A stretch of DNA of 50,513 nt from an uncultured Bacilli bacterium (GTDB taxonomy: Bacteria > Bacillota_I > Bacilli_A > RF39 > UBA660). Position numbers and translations under genes: made by a program. Of this stretch, positions 30,591 to 43,108 are shown one piece after another. The notes beneath the pieces were generated by a model. That model was not told the origin of the DNA. It was given only the letters and a program-made list of their open reading frames with translations, and did no database searches. Within the stretch, counting starts at the first letter, position 1. Every line of letters starts with the position of its first letter. The stretch lies in NCBI GenBank assembly GCA_905235065.1, contig CAJOJR010000014.1:1-50513 (forward strand). The letters are read 5' to 3'.

Positions 30591-33114
30591 ATGAAAAGAA
30601 GTAATGTTGATATTAATAAAGTTAGTCCAATGATGAAAGAATATCTTAAAACAAAAAGTGAATATGAAGATACTTTACTTTTCTATAGATTGGGTGATTT
30701 TTATGAATTATTCTTTGAAGATGCAGAAATTGCATCTCACGAACTAGAACTTACTTTAACTGGTAAAAATGCCGGTCTTGAAGAAAGAGTTCCAATGTGT
30801 GGAGTTCCTCATCATGCGGCTAATATATATATTCAAAAATTAGTCGATAAAGGATACAAGGTTGCTATTTGTGAGCAAGTGGAAGACCCTAAAACAGCTA
30901 AAGGAATAGTTAAAAGAGAAGTTATTGAAGTAGTAAGTAGAGGAACTCTTACTAATACTGAAGCTTTAAATGAACATGATTTTAATTTTATTGCAAGTAT
31001 TACAGATAATTTTATTAATTATATTTTTTCTTATGCGGATTTATTAAGTGGTAAAGTATATGCTTGTTATTTATCTCATGATAAAAATAAACTAATTAGT
31101 TATATTAATAATTTAAATATAAAAGAAGTTGTTGTAAATTCTTCATTTGATAAGGAGATATTATTTGAACTTAAAAATAATTATAATGTCTTCATATCTA
31201 TTAATGATAATACATTAGATGGAATATATAATAATATATTCGAGGGTATAAAAGATAATAAATTAATTGAAAATACTAAAGTGGTTATATCTTATTTAAT
31301 CAATAATCAAAAGAAAGAATTAAAGCATTTCCAAAGTCTAGAAATAGTTGATACTAATTTATTCATGGAATTGGGAATTGAAACAGTTAGAAATCTAGAA
31401 TTAGTTGAAACAATTAGAAGTAAAGATAGAACTAACAGTTTATTAGGATTCTTAGATAAAACAAAAACTGCGATGGGAAGTAGACTTTTAAAGAGTTACA
31501 TAATTTCACCATTGTTAAATAAAGATGAAATAATAAGAAGACAAAATATAGTCGAATTATTAATTAAAGAGTTTTTATATAAAAGTGAATTAAAAACTTA
31601 TTTATATGAAATATATGATTTAGAAAGATTAACAGGTAAAATAGTATGTAATAACGTAAATGCTAGAGATTTATTACAGCTTAAAAAGAGTTTAAGTGTT
31701 CTTCCAGATATTAATCTAATATTAAAAGAATTAAATCTAGAAGAGTTAAATACTTTTCCAGAACTTGTTACATTATTAGAAAAATCTATTAATGAAGATG
31801 CACCTCTCTTATTAAAAGAGGGTAATTTAATTAAAGATGGTTATAATAGTGAAATTGATGAATTAAGAAATATTAGAAAAAATGGCAAAGATTTTATATC
31901 TAAATTTGAAAGAGAAGAAATAGAAAGAACTGGAATATCAACTTTAAGAGTTGGATATAACAAAGTATTTGGATACTATATCGAAATAAGTAAAGGACAA
32001 GTAAAGAATATACCTGAAGATTTTAAATATGAAAGAAAACAAACAACGACAAACTCTGAAAGGTATATAAGCCCTTTATTAAAAGAAAAAGAAGATTTAA
32101 TATTAAATGCTGAAGAAAAATTAAATAATCTAGAATATGACATTTTTAATGAAATAAAAGAAGAGATAAAAAAATACATTCATGAATTGCAAGTGGTATC
32201 TTCTAAAATTGCTTTTTATGATGTTATGCAGTCATATGCGACTGTTGCAGAAGAAAATAATTTTGTAAAACCAATATTAAACGAAGAAGGAATCATTAAT
32301 GTAGTTGATGGAAGACATCCTGTTGTAGAAAATGTTATTAAAGATGAATATACACCTAATGATATTAAAATGGATGAAAAAACAAATATATTATTAATTA
32401 CTGGACCTAATATGAGTGGTAAATCGACTTATATGAGAGAACTTGCGATTATAATAATACTTAATCAAATTGGTTCTTATGTACCAGCAAAAGAAGCTAA
32501 CTTACCTATAATTGATAAAATATTTACTAGAATAGGTGCTTCTGATGATTTGGTTGGTGGAGAGTCTACATTTATGGTAGAAATGAAAGAAAGTGCAATT
32601 GCGTTAAAAAATGCTACTAATATTATTTGATGAATTAGGCCGTGGGACTTCCACATATGACGGAATGAGTTTGGCTGGTTCGATAATTGAATATATTGAG
32701 ACAAATATAAAATGTAAGACATTATTTTCAACCCATTATCATGAACTTACAAAGATGGCTGATACATTTGAAGGAATAAAAAATGTACACGTATCTATAT
32801 ATGAAGAGAATGGTAATATTAAATTCCTGCATAAAGTGAAAAATGGAGCTGTTGATAAAAGTTATGGTATAAACGTTGCTAAACTTGCAGATCTTCCTGA
32901 CAAAGTAATCGAAAGAGCTGATGAACTTTTACATAATTATGAAGGGCATCAAAAACGTAAAAAGATTATTAAACAAGTAGAATTAGAATTAATAGAAGAA
33001 AAAGAAAACCCTTTATATGATTTTATTGATAATATTAACCCTAATGAAATAACGCCTATCGAAGCATTAAATTTAATATATGAAATAAAAGGTAAAAGAG
33101 AAGATTTAAAATAG
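30591..33114 (+). CDS. mutS: DNA mismatch repair protein MutS, frameshifted at ~32615
   Basis: [46 protein letters not shown], then after the shift [13 protein letters not shown] and FSTHYHEL. Confidence 0.93.
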
Positions 33115-33136
33115 AACAGAAATTGTTCTATTTTAA
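33107..33136. terminator. Hairpin terminator at the mutS 3' end
   Basis: taaaatagaaca-gaaat-tgttctatttta. Confidence 0.7.
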
Positions 33137-33226
33137 ATCGACTATTGTTATGGCATATATAATACAAAATTGACTTTATATTTAGTAAGAAATGGAAGTT
33201 ATTCTGATTTATTCAAATAAAAAATC

Positions 33227-34168
33227 CTAACTGTTTAGGATTTTTTGTGTGTTTTTAAAGTTTATTTTTGAAATACTATATAATGTATTTTCACCATATT
33301 TTTTAATTAATTCTTTTCCTTGAATATTTACTAAGTCACCAGCACCTTTAGATAATTCTATATTATATTTTTTAGATAGTTTATCCATTTCCTCTAAGAA
33401 AATATATCTACTTATAACAGAGGCAGCAGCAACACTTAAATGTGCCTGTTCTCCTTTTATTAAGAATGTTATTTTAGTAACTTTATCGTTAATATTCTCT
33501 TGTTTTAGATAACTAAAATAACTTTTTGGTGAAGTAAACTGATCAACTATAATTTTATGATAATTTCCTTCTTCTTTTTTTGATAATTTATATAATACTT
33601 CATTATGGAGAATAGCTTTTACTTTATTCATATTATAATGTTTTTTATTGGTCCACTCATTAAACTCATTATTATAAAGTATTTTTGTTTCATACGAAAT
33701 ATTTTTCATTAATATTGGTGCACATCTTTTTATTTTTTCATCTGTCATTTTCTTAGAGTCATTTATTTTAAGATCTTCAAGTAGTTTTCGAGTTTCTTTA
33801 TTAACTAAAGTGGCAGTAACTACGATAGGCCCAAAAAAATCCCCAGTACCAACTTCATCTGATCCAATTGCATCATAGTAGTAATAACTTTTATCTACCT
33901 TTGCATTTTCTTTATCTTCTTTATCTTTGATTTCTTGGTCAATATTTCTATTATTTAGAAAATTTTCTTGATCTTTCCACATATTAGCGTCAATGTCAGC
34001 GGAAATTCCTTGAAACATTACTTTACCAGACTCATATAGAGTAATAATAGTATCTGCTTCTTGAGCTTGAAATATTGCATATGGAGGTGTTTTTTCTTTT
34101 TTTAAATCTTGATAATATTCAATCATTTTTTCTTTTACATTATCACTTACCTTAAACACAATATTCAT
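33227..34168 (-). CDS. rnhC: Ribonuclease HIII
   Basis: TBP-like N-terminus (LYESGKVMFQG), IGSDEVGTGDFFGP, DSKK, IVDQF, VAAASVISR. Confidence 0.95.
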   Translation of the reverse strand: MNIVFKVSDNVKEKMIEYYQDLKKEKTPPYAIFQAQEADTIITLYESGKVMFQGISADIDANMWKDQENFLNNRNIDQEIKDKEDKENAKVDKSYYYYDAIGSDEVGTGDFFGPIVVTATLVNKETRKLLEDLKINDSKKMTDEKIKRCAPILMKNISYETKILYNNEFNEWTNKKHYNMNKVKAILHNEVLYKLSKKEEGNYHKIIVDQFTSPKSYFSYLKQENINDKVTKITFLIKGEQAHLSVAAASVISRYIFLEEMDKLSKKYNIELSKGAGDLVNIQGKELIKKYGENTLYSISKINFKNTQKILNS

Positions 34169-34249
34169 AATGTCACCTCTAAAATATTTTATCATATATT
34201 TCTTTTAATTTCATTAAAATTAGTATATAATTATTAATAGAGGTTATTT

Positions 34250-34948
34250 ATGAATATAATTGATGCAGTTATTATAGTATTATTTATTATAGGGTTTCTA
34301 ATAGGATATAGAAGGGGAGCAATCAAACAAACAGTTACACTTGTTGGATTTATTTTAGTATTAATTCTTTCTTATTTATTAAAAGGATATGTAGCTGATT
34401 TTTGCTTTAAAGTATTTCCATTTATAGATTTTAAATATTTTGGAGCAGTATCTGTTGTAAATATAATATTTTATGAATTGCTATCTTTTCTAATAACTAT
34501 GTCTGTTTTAATCCTTATACTAAAACTAATAATTGGTATAAGTGGAGTAGTTGAAAAAATATTCAAAGCAACAATAATTTTAGGAGTTGTATCAAAATTA
34601 ATTGGTGGTATACTTGGCATTATTGAAATGTATGTTATAACATTTATATTATTATTTTTCTTCTCGCAACCATTTATGAGAATAACTGGGATTGAAAATT
34701 CAAAATTAGGTGATAAGATGTTAAATAACACACCAGTTTTAACATCTAAAGTTGAAGGTTATATTGTAGTTGTTGAAGATTTATATAATATAAAGGATAA
34801 TTATTTAGATAAGGATTTTGAGTATAAATCAATAGAAAAATTCTTAAAATATAAAGTAGTAGATGTTAAATCATTAAAGATATTAAAAAGTAAAAATAAA
34901 TTAAAATTTGATGGATTAGATGTATTAATAGAAAAGTATGGAGGGTAA
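34250..34948 (+). CDS. cvpA: CvpA family membrane protein
   Basis: MNIIDAVII...GYRRG...KLIGGILG; divergent from rnhC as in Bacilli. Confidence 0.85.
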   Translation: MNIIDAVIIVLFIIGFLIGYRRGAIKQTVTLVGFILVLILSYLLKGYVADFCFKVFPFIDFKYFGAVSVVNIIFYELLSFLITMSVLILILKLIIGISGVVEKIFKATIILGVVSKLIGGILGIIEMYVITFILLFFFSQPFMRITGIENSKLGDKMLNNTPVLTSKVEGYIVVVEDLYNIKDNYLDKDFEYKSIEKFLKYKVVDVKSLKILKSKNKLKFDGLDVLIEKYGG

Positions 34949-34950
34949 AA

Positions 34951-35244
34951 ATGAAAATATTAGAAAAAAGTGATAAATTTGAAGATTTAGTTAAAGAAGG
35001 TATAACACTTGTTGATTTTTATGCTGAATGGTGTGGACCATGTAAGATGATGGGACCAGTTCTTGAGAGTTTAAAAAATATTAATATTATAAAAGTAAAT
35101 GTTGATGAATTTGGAGAATTATCCGAACAATTTAGAATTATGAGTATACCAACATTGGTATTCTTTAAAAATGGAGAAAAAGTAAACGAAGCGGTTGGAT
35201 TTCATTCTAAAGAACAAATTGAAAGTATTATAAAAGAGTTATAA
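34951..35244 (+). CDS. trxA: Thioredoxin
   Basis: VDFYAEWCGPCK, MSIPTL. Confidence 0.97.
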   Translation: MKILEKSDKFEDLVKEGITLVDFYAEWCGPCKMMGPVLESLKNINIIKVNVDEFGELSEQFRIMSIPTLVFFKNGEKVNEAVGFHSKEQIESIIKEL

Positions 35245-35255
35245 GAACTCTTTTT
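35232..35255 (+). terminator. Terminator after trxA
   Basis: aaaagagtt-ataag-aactcttttt. Confidence 0.75.
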
Positions 35256-35383
35256 ATTTTGTTAAAACATGTAAAATATAATTAATTTATAATAATAGTT
35301 TTAAATAAAAATATATAATAAAACTATGGACTTTTGATAAAAATAATGTATAATATAAAAAGCATTTTAAAGAGGGGATAATT

Positions 35384-36418
35384 ATGGAAAAAAACAAGTT
35401 TTCAACTGATTATTATGATTATTATTTACCAGAAGAGTTAATAGCACAAACACCTATTAAAGAAAGAAGTCATTCAAGACTTTTAGTACTTGATAAATTA
35501 AGTGGTAATATAGAACATAAAAGATTTGATGATATAATTAATTATTTAGATTCTAATGATGTATTAGTACTTAATAATACTAAAGTTTTACCTTCTAGAA
35601 TATTTGGTAATAAAAGTGAAACAGGAGCTAAGATAGAAACTCTTTTGTTAAAAGAAATTGATAATGATATTTGGGAATGTTTAACTTCTCCTCAAAAAAG
35701 ATTAAAAAAAGGTACTATAATTAATTATAGTGATGATTTAAGTGGTGAAGTAATTGAAATACTAAAAGATGGTATAACACATATAAGATTTAATTATAGA
35801 GGTGTATTTATAGAGATTCTTGAGCGTATTGGTGCGATGCCACTTCCACCATATATACATGAGTCTTTAAAAGATAATGATAGATATCAAACTGTATATG
35901 CAAAAGTTTTAGGGAGCGCAGCAGCTCCTACTGCTGGTCTTCATTTTACTAATGATTTATTAAATAAGTTAAAGAGTATTGGTGTAGAAATCTTATATGT
36001 AACTTTACATGTTGGTCTTGGAACGTTTAGACCAGTTTCAGAAAGTGATATAAGATGTCATGATATGCATAGTGAATATTATGAAATAGATGAATATACT
36101 GCAAATAATTTAAATGAAGCTAAAAAATTACATAAAAGAATAATAAGTGTGGGTACAACTTCTTTAAGGACTCTTGAAAGTAATTATACTAAGTATAAAA
36201 AATTTAAATCAACTAATGAAGAAACAAGTATATTTATATATCCGGGATATCATTTTAAAGCAATAGATGGATTAATAACTAATTTTCATTTACCTAAAAG
36301 TACTTTAATGATGCTTGTGTGTGCTTTAGCTGGTAGAGAAAACATAACTAATGCATATAAAGAGGCAGTAGAAAATAAATATAGATTCTTCTCATTCGGA
36401 GATGCTATGTTTATTAAT
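35384..36418 (+). CDS. queA: S-adenosylmethionine:tRNA ribosyltransferase-isomerase domain; in this sequence it reads in frame into the next domain up to 36811
   Basis: LPEELIAQTP, MPLPPYI, YQTVYA..GSAAAPTAGLHFT, LHVGLGTF, TNFHLPKST, YRFFSFGDAMFI. Confidence 0.96.
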
Positions 36419-37055
36419 AATGCTAGTTTTAAAAATGAATACAAACGTATTTTAAGAGGCTATAAACATAGCAAAGAAAACTATAAAACATATGATTATT
36501 TTAAAATAGATAAAGGATCAAATAACATAATTTTATCGGCTCCTCATGCATATAAACATTTTAGAAATAATAAAATTAAAGTGAATGAAAACAATACAAG
36601 CAAAATTGTAAAGATATTAGGAATTCTTACAAATTCTCATGTTATTTATACATATAAAGATTCTAATAATGATCCTAATTATGATATGGATTCTGAATAT
36701 AAAAAAGAATTATCAAAGTATATAAAAAATAACAATATTAAATATTTAATTGAAATTCACGGACTTAATAAAGATAGTGATATTTCTTTAGAAATAGGAA
36801 GTAATAGATGAAAAATTTGTTAATTTAATAAAGAATGTGTTTAGTAAGTATTATGATGATGAGATATTAATAGATGAAAAATTTAAATCTCAAAGTAAGA
36901 GAAGGGTAACTAATTATATTAGTGAAAAAAATAATATAAATACTATTCAACTTGAAATAAACAGAAAATACAGAAATTTAAATCGTATGCCTATTAAATT
37001 TAATAAAACAATAAACGCGTTAAAAGAAATAATAAAGAAGTTGGAGGAAAAGTAA
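36402..37055 (+). CDS. N-formylglutamate amidohydrolase-like (Zn peptidase fold) protein or domain, frameshifted at ~36800-36810
   Basis: IILSAPHA, K-NE-NT, DPNYD, LIEIHG, LEIG, then (frame open from 36798) IQLEINRKYR. Confidence 0.7.
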
Positions 37056-37056
37056 A

Positions 37057-37908
37057 ATGGATGAAATTGATTATATATCAAGATATGATGAGTTGTTAGA
37101 AGTAAAACCTTGTTATGGAATTGATAGAGTTAAAAAAAGAGTGAAATATGATCACATTGGGTTAGAAATAGAAATATCTGTTAATTATGAAAGAGAAAGA
37201 TATACATTTATAAGAACACTCTTAAAGAAAATAATTGCTTTAGTTGGAGATAATGGGTATTTTACTCATGACGGAACTATATTGGGTAATTATTCTTTTG
37301 AAATAGTATTAGATCCGTTACCGGTGAATGAAATAAAAAGAATATACACAACATTAATGCAAATATTAAAATTTAGTGATGGTTCACTTTTATTTGATAA
37401 AGAACATAATTGTGGACTTCACATGAATTTTAATCAATATGATATTGATGATCTTAATGAATCGCATAAAAGATTATTATTATTTTTAGATGAAAACTCT
37501 AATTTATTTGATGAAAATGTATATAAGCAATTAATAAATAAATTTGATTTTGGAGAATATCTTGAATTTCAAAAAAATGTTGGTAGTAAGTATGTAGCCG
37601 TCAATTATTTAAACAAAAAAATAGTTGAAGTTAGAAATGTAAAAGTAGGGTTATCTCCTAAACTTGAAAAAGTAATGAATGGTATATTAGAAGCACTATT
37701 TTTTAAAAAAAAGAAGAAAATAAAATTAAATGATAATACTGAAAAAATGCTTGATATAATGAGTGATGTATTTGATGTGAATTCATTTGAAAAAATAAAA
37801 GAGAGTTTGGATAATGATATATTAATTGTTAAGTTTAATAAAAATAAAGCAAAAATTATTGAACCAGATAAAAGAATAATAGATTTTTTATCTAATTATG
37901 GGAGGTAA
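37057..37908 (+). CDS. Putative COOH-NH2 amidoligase (Amidoligase_2 / glutamine synthetase-like fold)
   Basis: Ordered motifs IGLEIEI, HDGTI, FEIVLDPL, CGLHMNF, KYVAVN, VEVRN. Confidence 0.75.
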   Translation: MDEIDYISRYDELLEVKPCYGIDRVKKRVKYDHIGLEIEISVNYERERYTFIRTLLKKIIALVGDNGYFTHDGTILGNYSFEIVLDPLPVNEIKRIYTTLMQILKFSDGSLLFDKEHNCGLHMNFNQYDIDDLNESHKRLLLFLDENSNLFDENVYKQLINKFDFGEYLEFQKNVGSKYVAVNYLNKKIVEVRNVKVGLSPKLEKVMNGILEALFFKKKKKIKLNDNTEKMLDIMSDVFDVNSFEKIKESLDNDILIVKFNKNKAKIIEPDKRIIDFLSNYGR

Positions 37909-37910
37909 TT

Positions 37911-39921
<2,011 letters not shown>

Positions 39922-39975
39922 TTTACAAATAAAATTATAGTATTATAATAAGACATATACTGAAAGGAATTGTTT

Positions 39976-40185
39976 ATGAGTAAAATTGAAAAAAGTTTGT
40001 TAATTGCTTTAATATCTATTGGAATTTTAGGAACTTCATTTATGATTGGTATGGGTATTAAACAGGAAATTGATAAAAATGCAGATAAATCATATAGCGA
40101 TACTTATGATAAAGATACTAAAGTTAAAACATTAGATAGAATTTTCTATCTTTTATTTTTGTTTAATGATAAAATATTGGTATGA
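39976..40185 (+). CDS. Small membrane-anchored orphan protein; the true end is probably near 40139
   Basis: N-terminal TM helix. A hairpin agataga-attt-tctatct + Ts (40134-40160) and the next gene's -10 lie inside the predicted tail. One added A gives ...KVKTLR*. Confidence 0.6.
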   Translation: MSKIEKSLLIALISIGILGTSFMIGMGIKQEIDKNADKSYSDTYDKDTKVKTLDRIFYLLFLFNDKILV

Positions 40186-40195
40186 GGAGGTATGT

Positions 40196-40666
40196 ATGAG
40201 TGATATAGAAGAACATATTAAGAATTTGTTGGATAATTATAGTGATAATAAGAAACTAATAGATGAAAGTAAAAAGAATATCAAAACTAAGTTAACAATA
40301 CTAATTCTTTCATTTATATCTATTGGGTTATTATCTCCACTATTATTTATGTATGAATTACCTATATTTCTTTTTGCTTCTTTGATAACTTTTGTAACAC
40401 CTCAATTAATAACACTTAAAATGCAAGGAAGTTATTTTAAAAATATAAAAAATATTATAAATTATAGAAAAAATATGGATAACCACTTAATTGAATTTAA
40501 AAAAGCAAAGGATATTGAAGTATCAAAAGAAGATAAAGTATCAAAGCAATTAGAAGAACAAAGAGATAAACATAATCTAAGACAAAAAGAGTTAGAAATG
40601 GCTTTTAGTGATGAGAATTATTATCCATATATAGAAAGAATCAAAAGAAGAACTCTAAAAAGATAA
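40196..40666 (+). CDS. Orphan protein with two TM helices and a coiled coil
   Basis: GAGGAGG RBS before ATG 40196; hydrophobic hairpin. Confidence 0.75.
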   Translation: MSDIEEHIKNLLDNYSDNKKLIDESKKNIKTKLTILILSFISIGLLSPLLFMYELPIFLFASLITFVTPQLITLKMQGSYFKNIKNIINYRKNMDNHLIEFKKAKDIEVSKEDKVSKQLEEQRDKHNLRQKELEMAFSDENYYPYIERIKRRTLKR

Positions 40667-40675
40667 ATAACATTT

Positions 40676-40704
40676 TTGACATTTATTTACTCTCATGATA
40701 TAAT
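40676..40704 (+). promoter_or_regulatory. Consensus sigma-A promoter
   Basis: TTGACA-N17-TATAAT with an extended -10 TG. Confidence 0.85.
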
Positions 40705-40731
40705 TAAAAACAGTTTTAAGGGGGATTTAAA

Positions 40732-41121
40732 ATGTTAAATCTAAATAAAATAAGTATTATTAATGAGTATCAGAACTTAAAAGAAAAAAAAGAGAATCTT
40801 GAGATTGAATTATATAAATTTTGTCGTTCTATAACAGGAAAGTCTGCTACATATGATGAATTAGTAAAGGAAGTACAATATAGGAAAGATATATCTACTT
40901 GTGAATACAAAATGAAGTGCTTGGAGACTGAATTTAAAGCTATAACAGCTATAAAAGCAGGTCTACTTATACTTGGACTTTCTGGAGCAATTATATTAGC
41001 TTCAATTTCTATTAAATGTAATAAGGACAATAATAAAATAACACCTTCTAGTGATATATCATCAGTTTCAACTGAAGATGAATTAGAAGATAAAAAAGTA
41101 TTAACAAAAACATTAAATTAA
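40732..41121 (+). CDS. Orphan protein with a coiled coil and one TM helix
   Basis: GGGGG RBS, own promoter and terminator (41126-41155). Confidence 0.75.
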   Translation: MLNLNKISIINEYQNLKEKKENLEIELYKFCRSITGKSATYDELVKEVQYRKDISTCEYKMKCLETEFKAITAIKAGLLILGLSGAIILASISIKCNKDNNKITPSSDISSVSTEDELEDKKVLTKTLN

Positions 41122-41218
41122 TAATAAACGTAATCATATTGACTACGTTTTTATTTTATACAGAAATATTGTTTTTTTAAATATTTATGTTATTATAAAA
41201 TATAGTAGTGGAGGTTTT

Positions 41219-42352
41219 ATGAAAGAGCAATTGGAGCAAGAAAAATTAAGATTGATGGTATTTAAGAGTGCATTAGAATTAGGTAAAAAAGTTGATGAAC
41301 ATTTACTTGAATTATATAACTATGATAAAGAAAAATATACTTTTATAGTACCTATTAAAGAAAATTTTTTTGATGATGGGCATTTAAAAGTTGAAATTAA
41401 TTCAACTGTAAGAGGAAAAGATTTATTTTTACTTACTGATGTTGGTAACTATAGTGTTGAGTATACTATGAGAGGATTTACTAATCACGCTAGTCCTAAT
41501 GATTTAATGATGCAATTAAAGGATGGTATAGGTGCAAGTAATTGTCACGCAGGTAATATTAATGTTGTTATGCCTTTATTATTTGCAGGTCGTCAACACA
41601 GAAGAAACACTAGAGAGAATTTAGCGTGTGGAGCCAATTTAAGAGAATTGGATAATCTTGCTAAGATTAAAAGCTTTATTACCTTTGATGCACACGATCA
41701 AGGGGTTGAACACGCTATACAATATATGGAATTTAATAATTTTTATGCTACCAATACAATACTTGATGATTTCATTGAAAACACTCCAAAAGACCAACTT
41801 AAAAATTTGGTTTTTGTTGCACCTGATACAGGGGCTACAGGTAGAAGAAATGTATATTTAAATTCATTTAATTCTGAATTCATTAATAGAGAAGCGGGAA
41901 GTTTTATTAAACAAAGAGATTATAATCATTTAGTTAATGGAAAATATCCAGTAATAGCACATGACTACTGTGGTAATAATGATTTAAGAGGAAAAACTGC
42001 AATAGTTACAGATGATATGATATCTAGTGGTGGAAGCATGCTTGATGTTATAGATGAATTACATAATAGAGGAATTGAACATATATATGTAATAGTTACA
42101 TTTGCGTTATTTACTCGTGGCATTAATGAATTCAAAAAATTTTATGAAAATAAAATTCTTGATGGGGTATATACGACAAATTTAACTTATATACCAGAAG
42201 ATTATAAAAAAGAAGAATGGTTACATATTTGTGATTGTTCTAGCGAACTTGCTCAAATAATTTATAATATTCATAATGATTTATCAATAAGTGGAATATT
42301 AAAAGATAAATCTAGACCTGTTAAATTACTTGAAAAAAAATTTAGAGGATAA
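41219..42352 (+). CDS. prs: Ribose-phosphate pyrophosphokinase (long variant)
   Basis: STVRGKD, MPLLFAGRQHRR, TFDAHD, VAPDTGA, DDMISSGGS. Confidence 0.9.
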   Translation: MKEQLEQEKLRLMVFKSALELGKKVDEHLLELYNYDKEKYTFIVPIKENFFDDGHLKVEINSTVRGKDLFLLTDVGNYSVEYTMRGFTNHASPNDLMMQLKDGIGASNCHAGNINVVMPLLFAGRQHRRNTRENLACGANLRELDNLAKIKSFITFDAHDQGVEHAIQYMEFNNFYATNTILDDFIENTPKDQLKNLVFVAPDTGATGRRNVYLNSFNSEFINREAGSFIKQRDYNHLVNGKYPVIAHDYCGNNDLRGKTAIVTDDMISSGGSMLDVIDELHNRGIEHIYVIVTFALFTRGINEFKKFYENKILDGVYTTNLTYIPEDYKKEEWLHICDCSSELAQIIYNIHNDLSISGILKDKSRPVKLLEKKFRG

Positions 42353-42383
42353 AAATAAGCATATAAAAGTTGCTTATTTTTTT
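42351..42383 (+). terminator. Terminator after prs
   Basis: aaaaataagca...tgcttattttt. Confidence 0.7.
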
Positions 42384-42428
42384 GTTTTATGGTATAATAT
42401 GTTGCTATAAAAAGAAGGGGGAGTATAT

Positions 42429-43088
42429 ATGAATAACGAATATATTAAAGTTGGAGAAGGAAAATATGTTGTATCAAATGAAAACGGTAAAATTGACTAT
42501 AGATTAGTCAAATCTCCAGAATTATTTAAATACGAAAATGATGTTGAAATAGTAGATAATGAAATAAAAGGATTAAAAACAGAAAGAAAAAATATAATTA
42601 AAAATTTAAAAATTAAAAATTTAAGACGTTTATGCTTATATTTACCGGTCCTTGCATTATGGAGTACTGTTTTTATCAAAGATGCTATTAATGCCTTATT
42701 TATTTCATCTTACGCTAATACTTTTGGTGAAATTTCTTCTATTATAATAAGCGTGATTTTAGTTTCGATAACTGGTGGGGTTATATCGGATACTGTTGCT
42801 TCAAATATTCAAACGCAAAATAGAAAAAAAGAGATAGATGGATCATTGTTAATTGCAAAAGATATAAAAAAAGAAGCAGAAAGACAATTAGACAATTTTA
42901 AAGCAAGAAGTATTGTAAATATAAAAGATAATACTAAAACAAATGAAATAATATCTTTAAAAGAAAGAAATAATTCAAAAAGAACTGAAATATTAAAAAG
43001 AATCACTTATTATAATGATGAATACGAATATGATGAAGAATATGAAGATAATTATGATAAAGGACATACTTTAACTAAAAAAAGATAA
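42429..43088 (+). CDS. Orphan protein with a coiled coil, two TM helices and an acidic Tyr-rich tail
   Basis: GGGGGAG RBS; TG-TATAAT upstream. Confidence 0.75.
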   Translation: MNNEYIKVGEGKYVVSNENGKIDYRLVKSPELFKYENDVEIVDNEIKGLKTERKNIIKNLKIKNLRRLCLYLPVLALWSTVFIKDAINALFISSYANTFGEISSIIISVILVSITGGVISDTVASNIQTQNRKKEIDGSLLIAKDIKKEAERQLDNFKARSIVNIKDNTKTNEIISLKERNNSKRTEILKRITYYNDEYEYDEEYEDNYDKGHTLTKKR

Positions 43089-43108
43089 AAAATGATAATG
43101 GGGTTGTT

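Noticed and set aside
39976-40185. yajC after tgt
   Set aside because: It lacks the YajC RPQ and GDxVxTxGG motifs.
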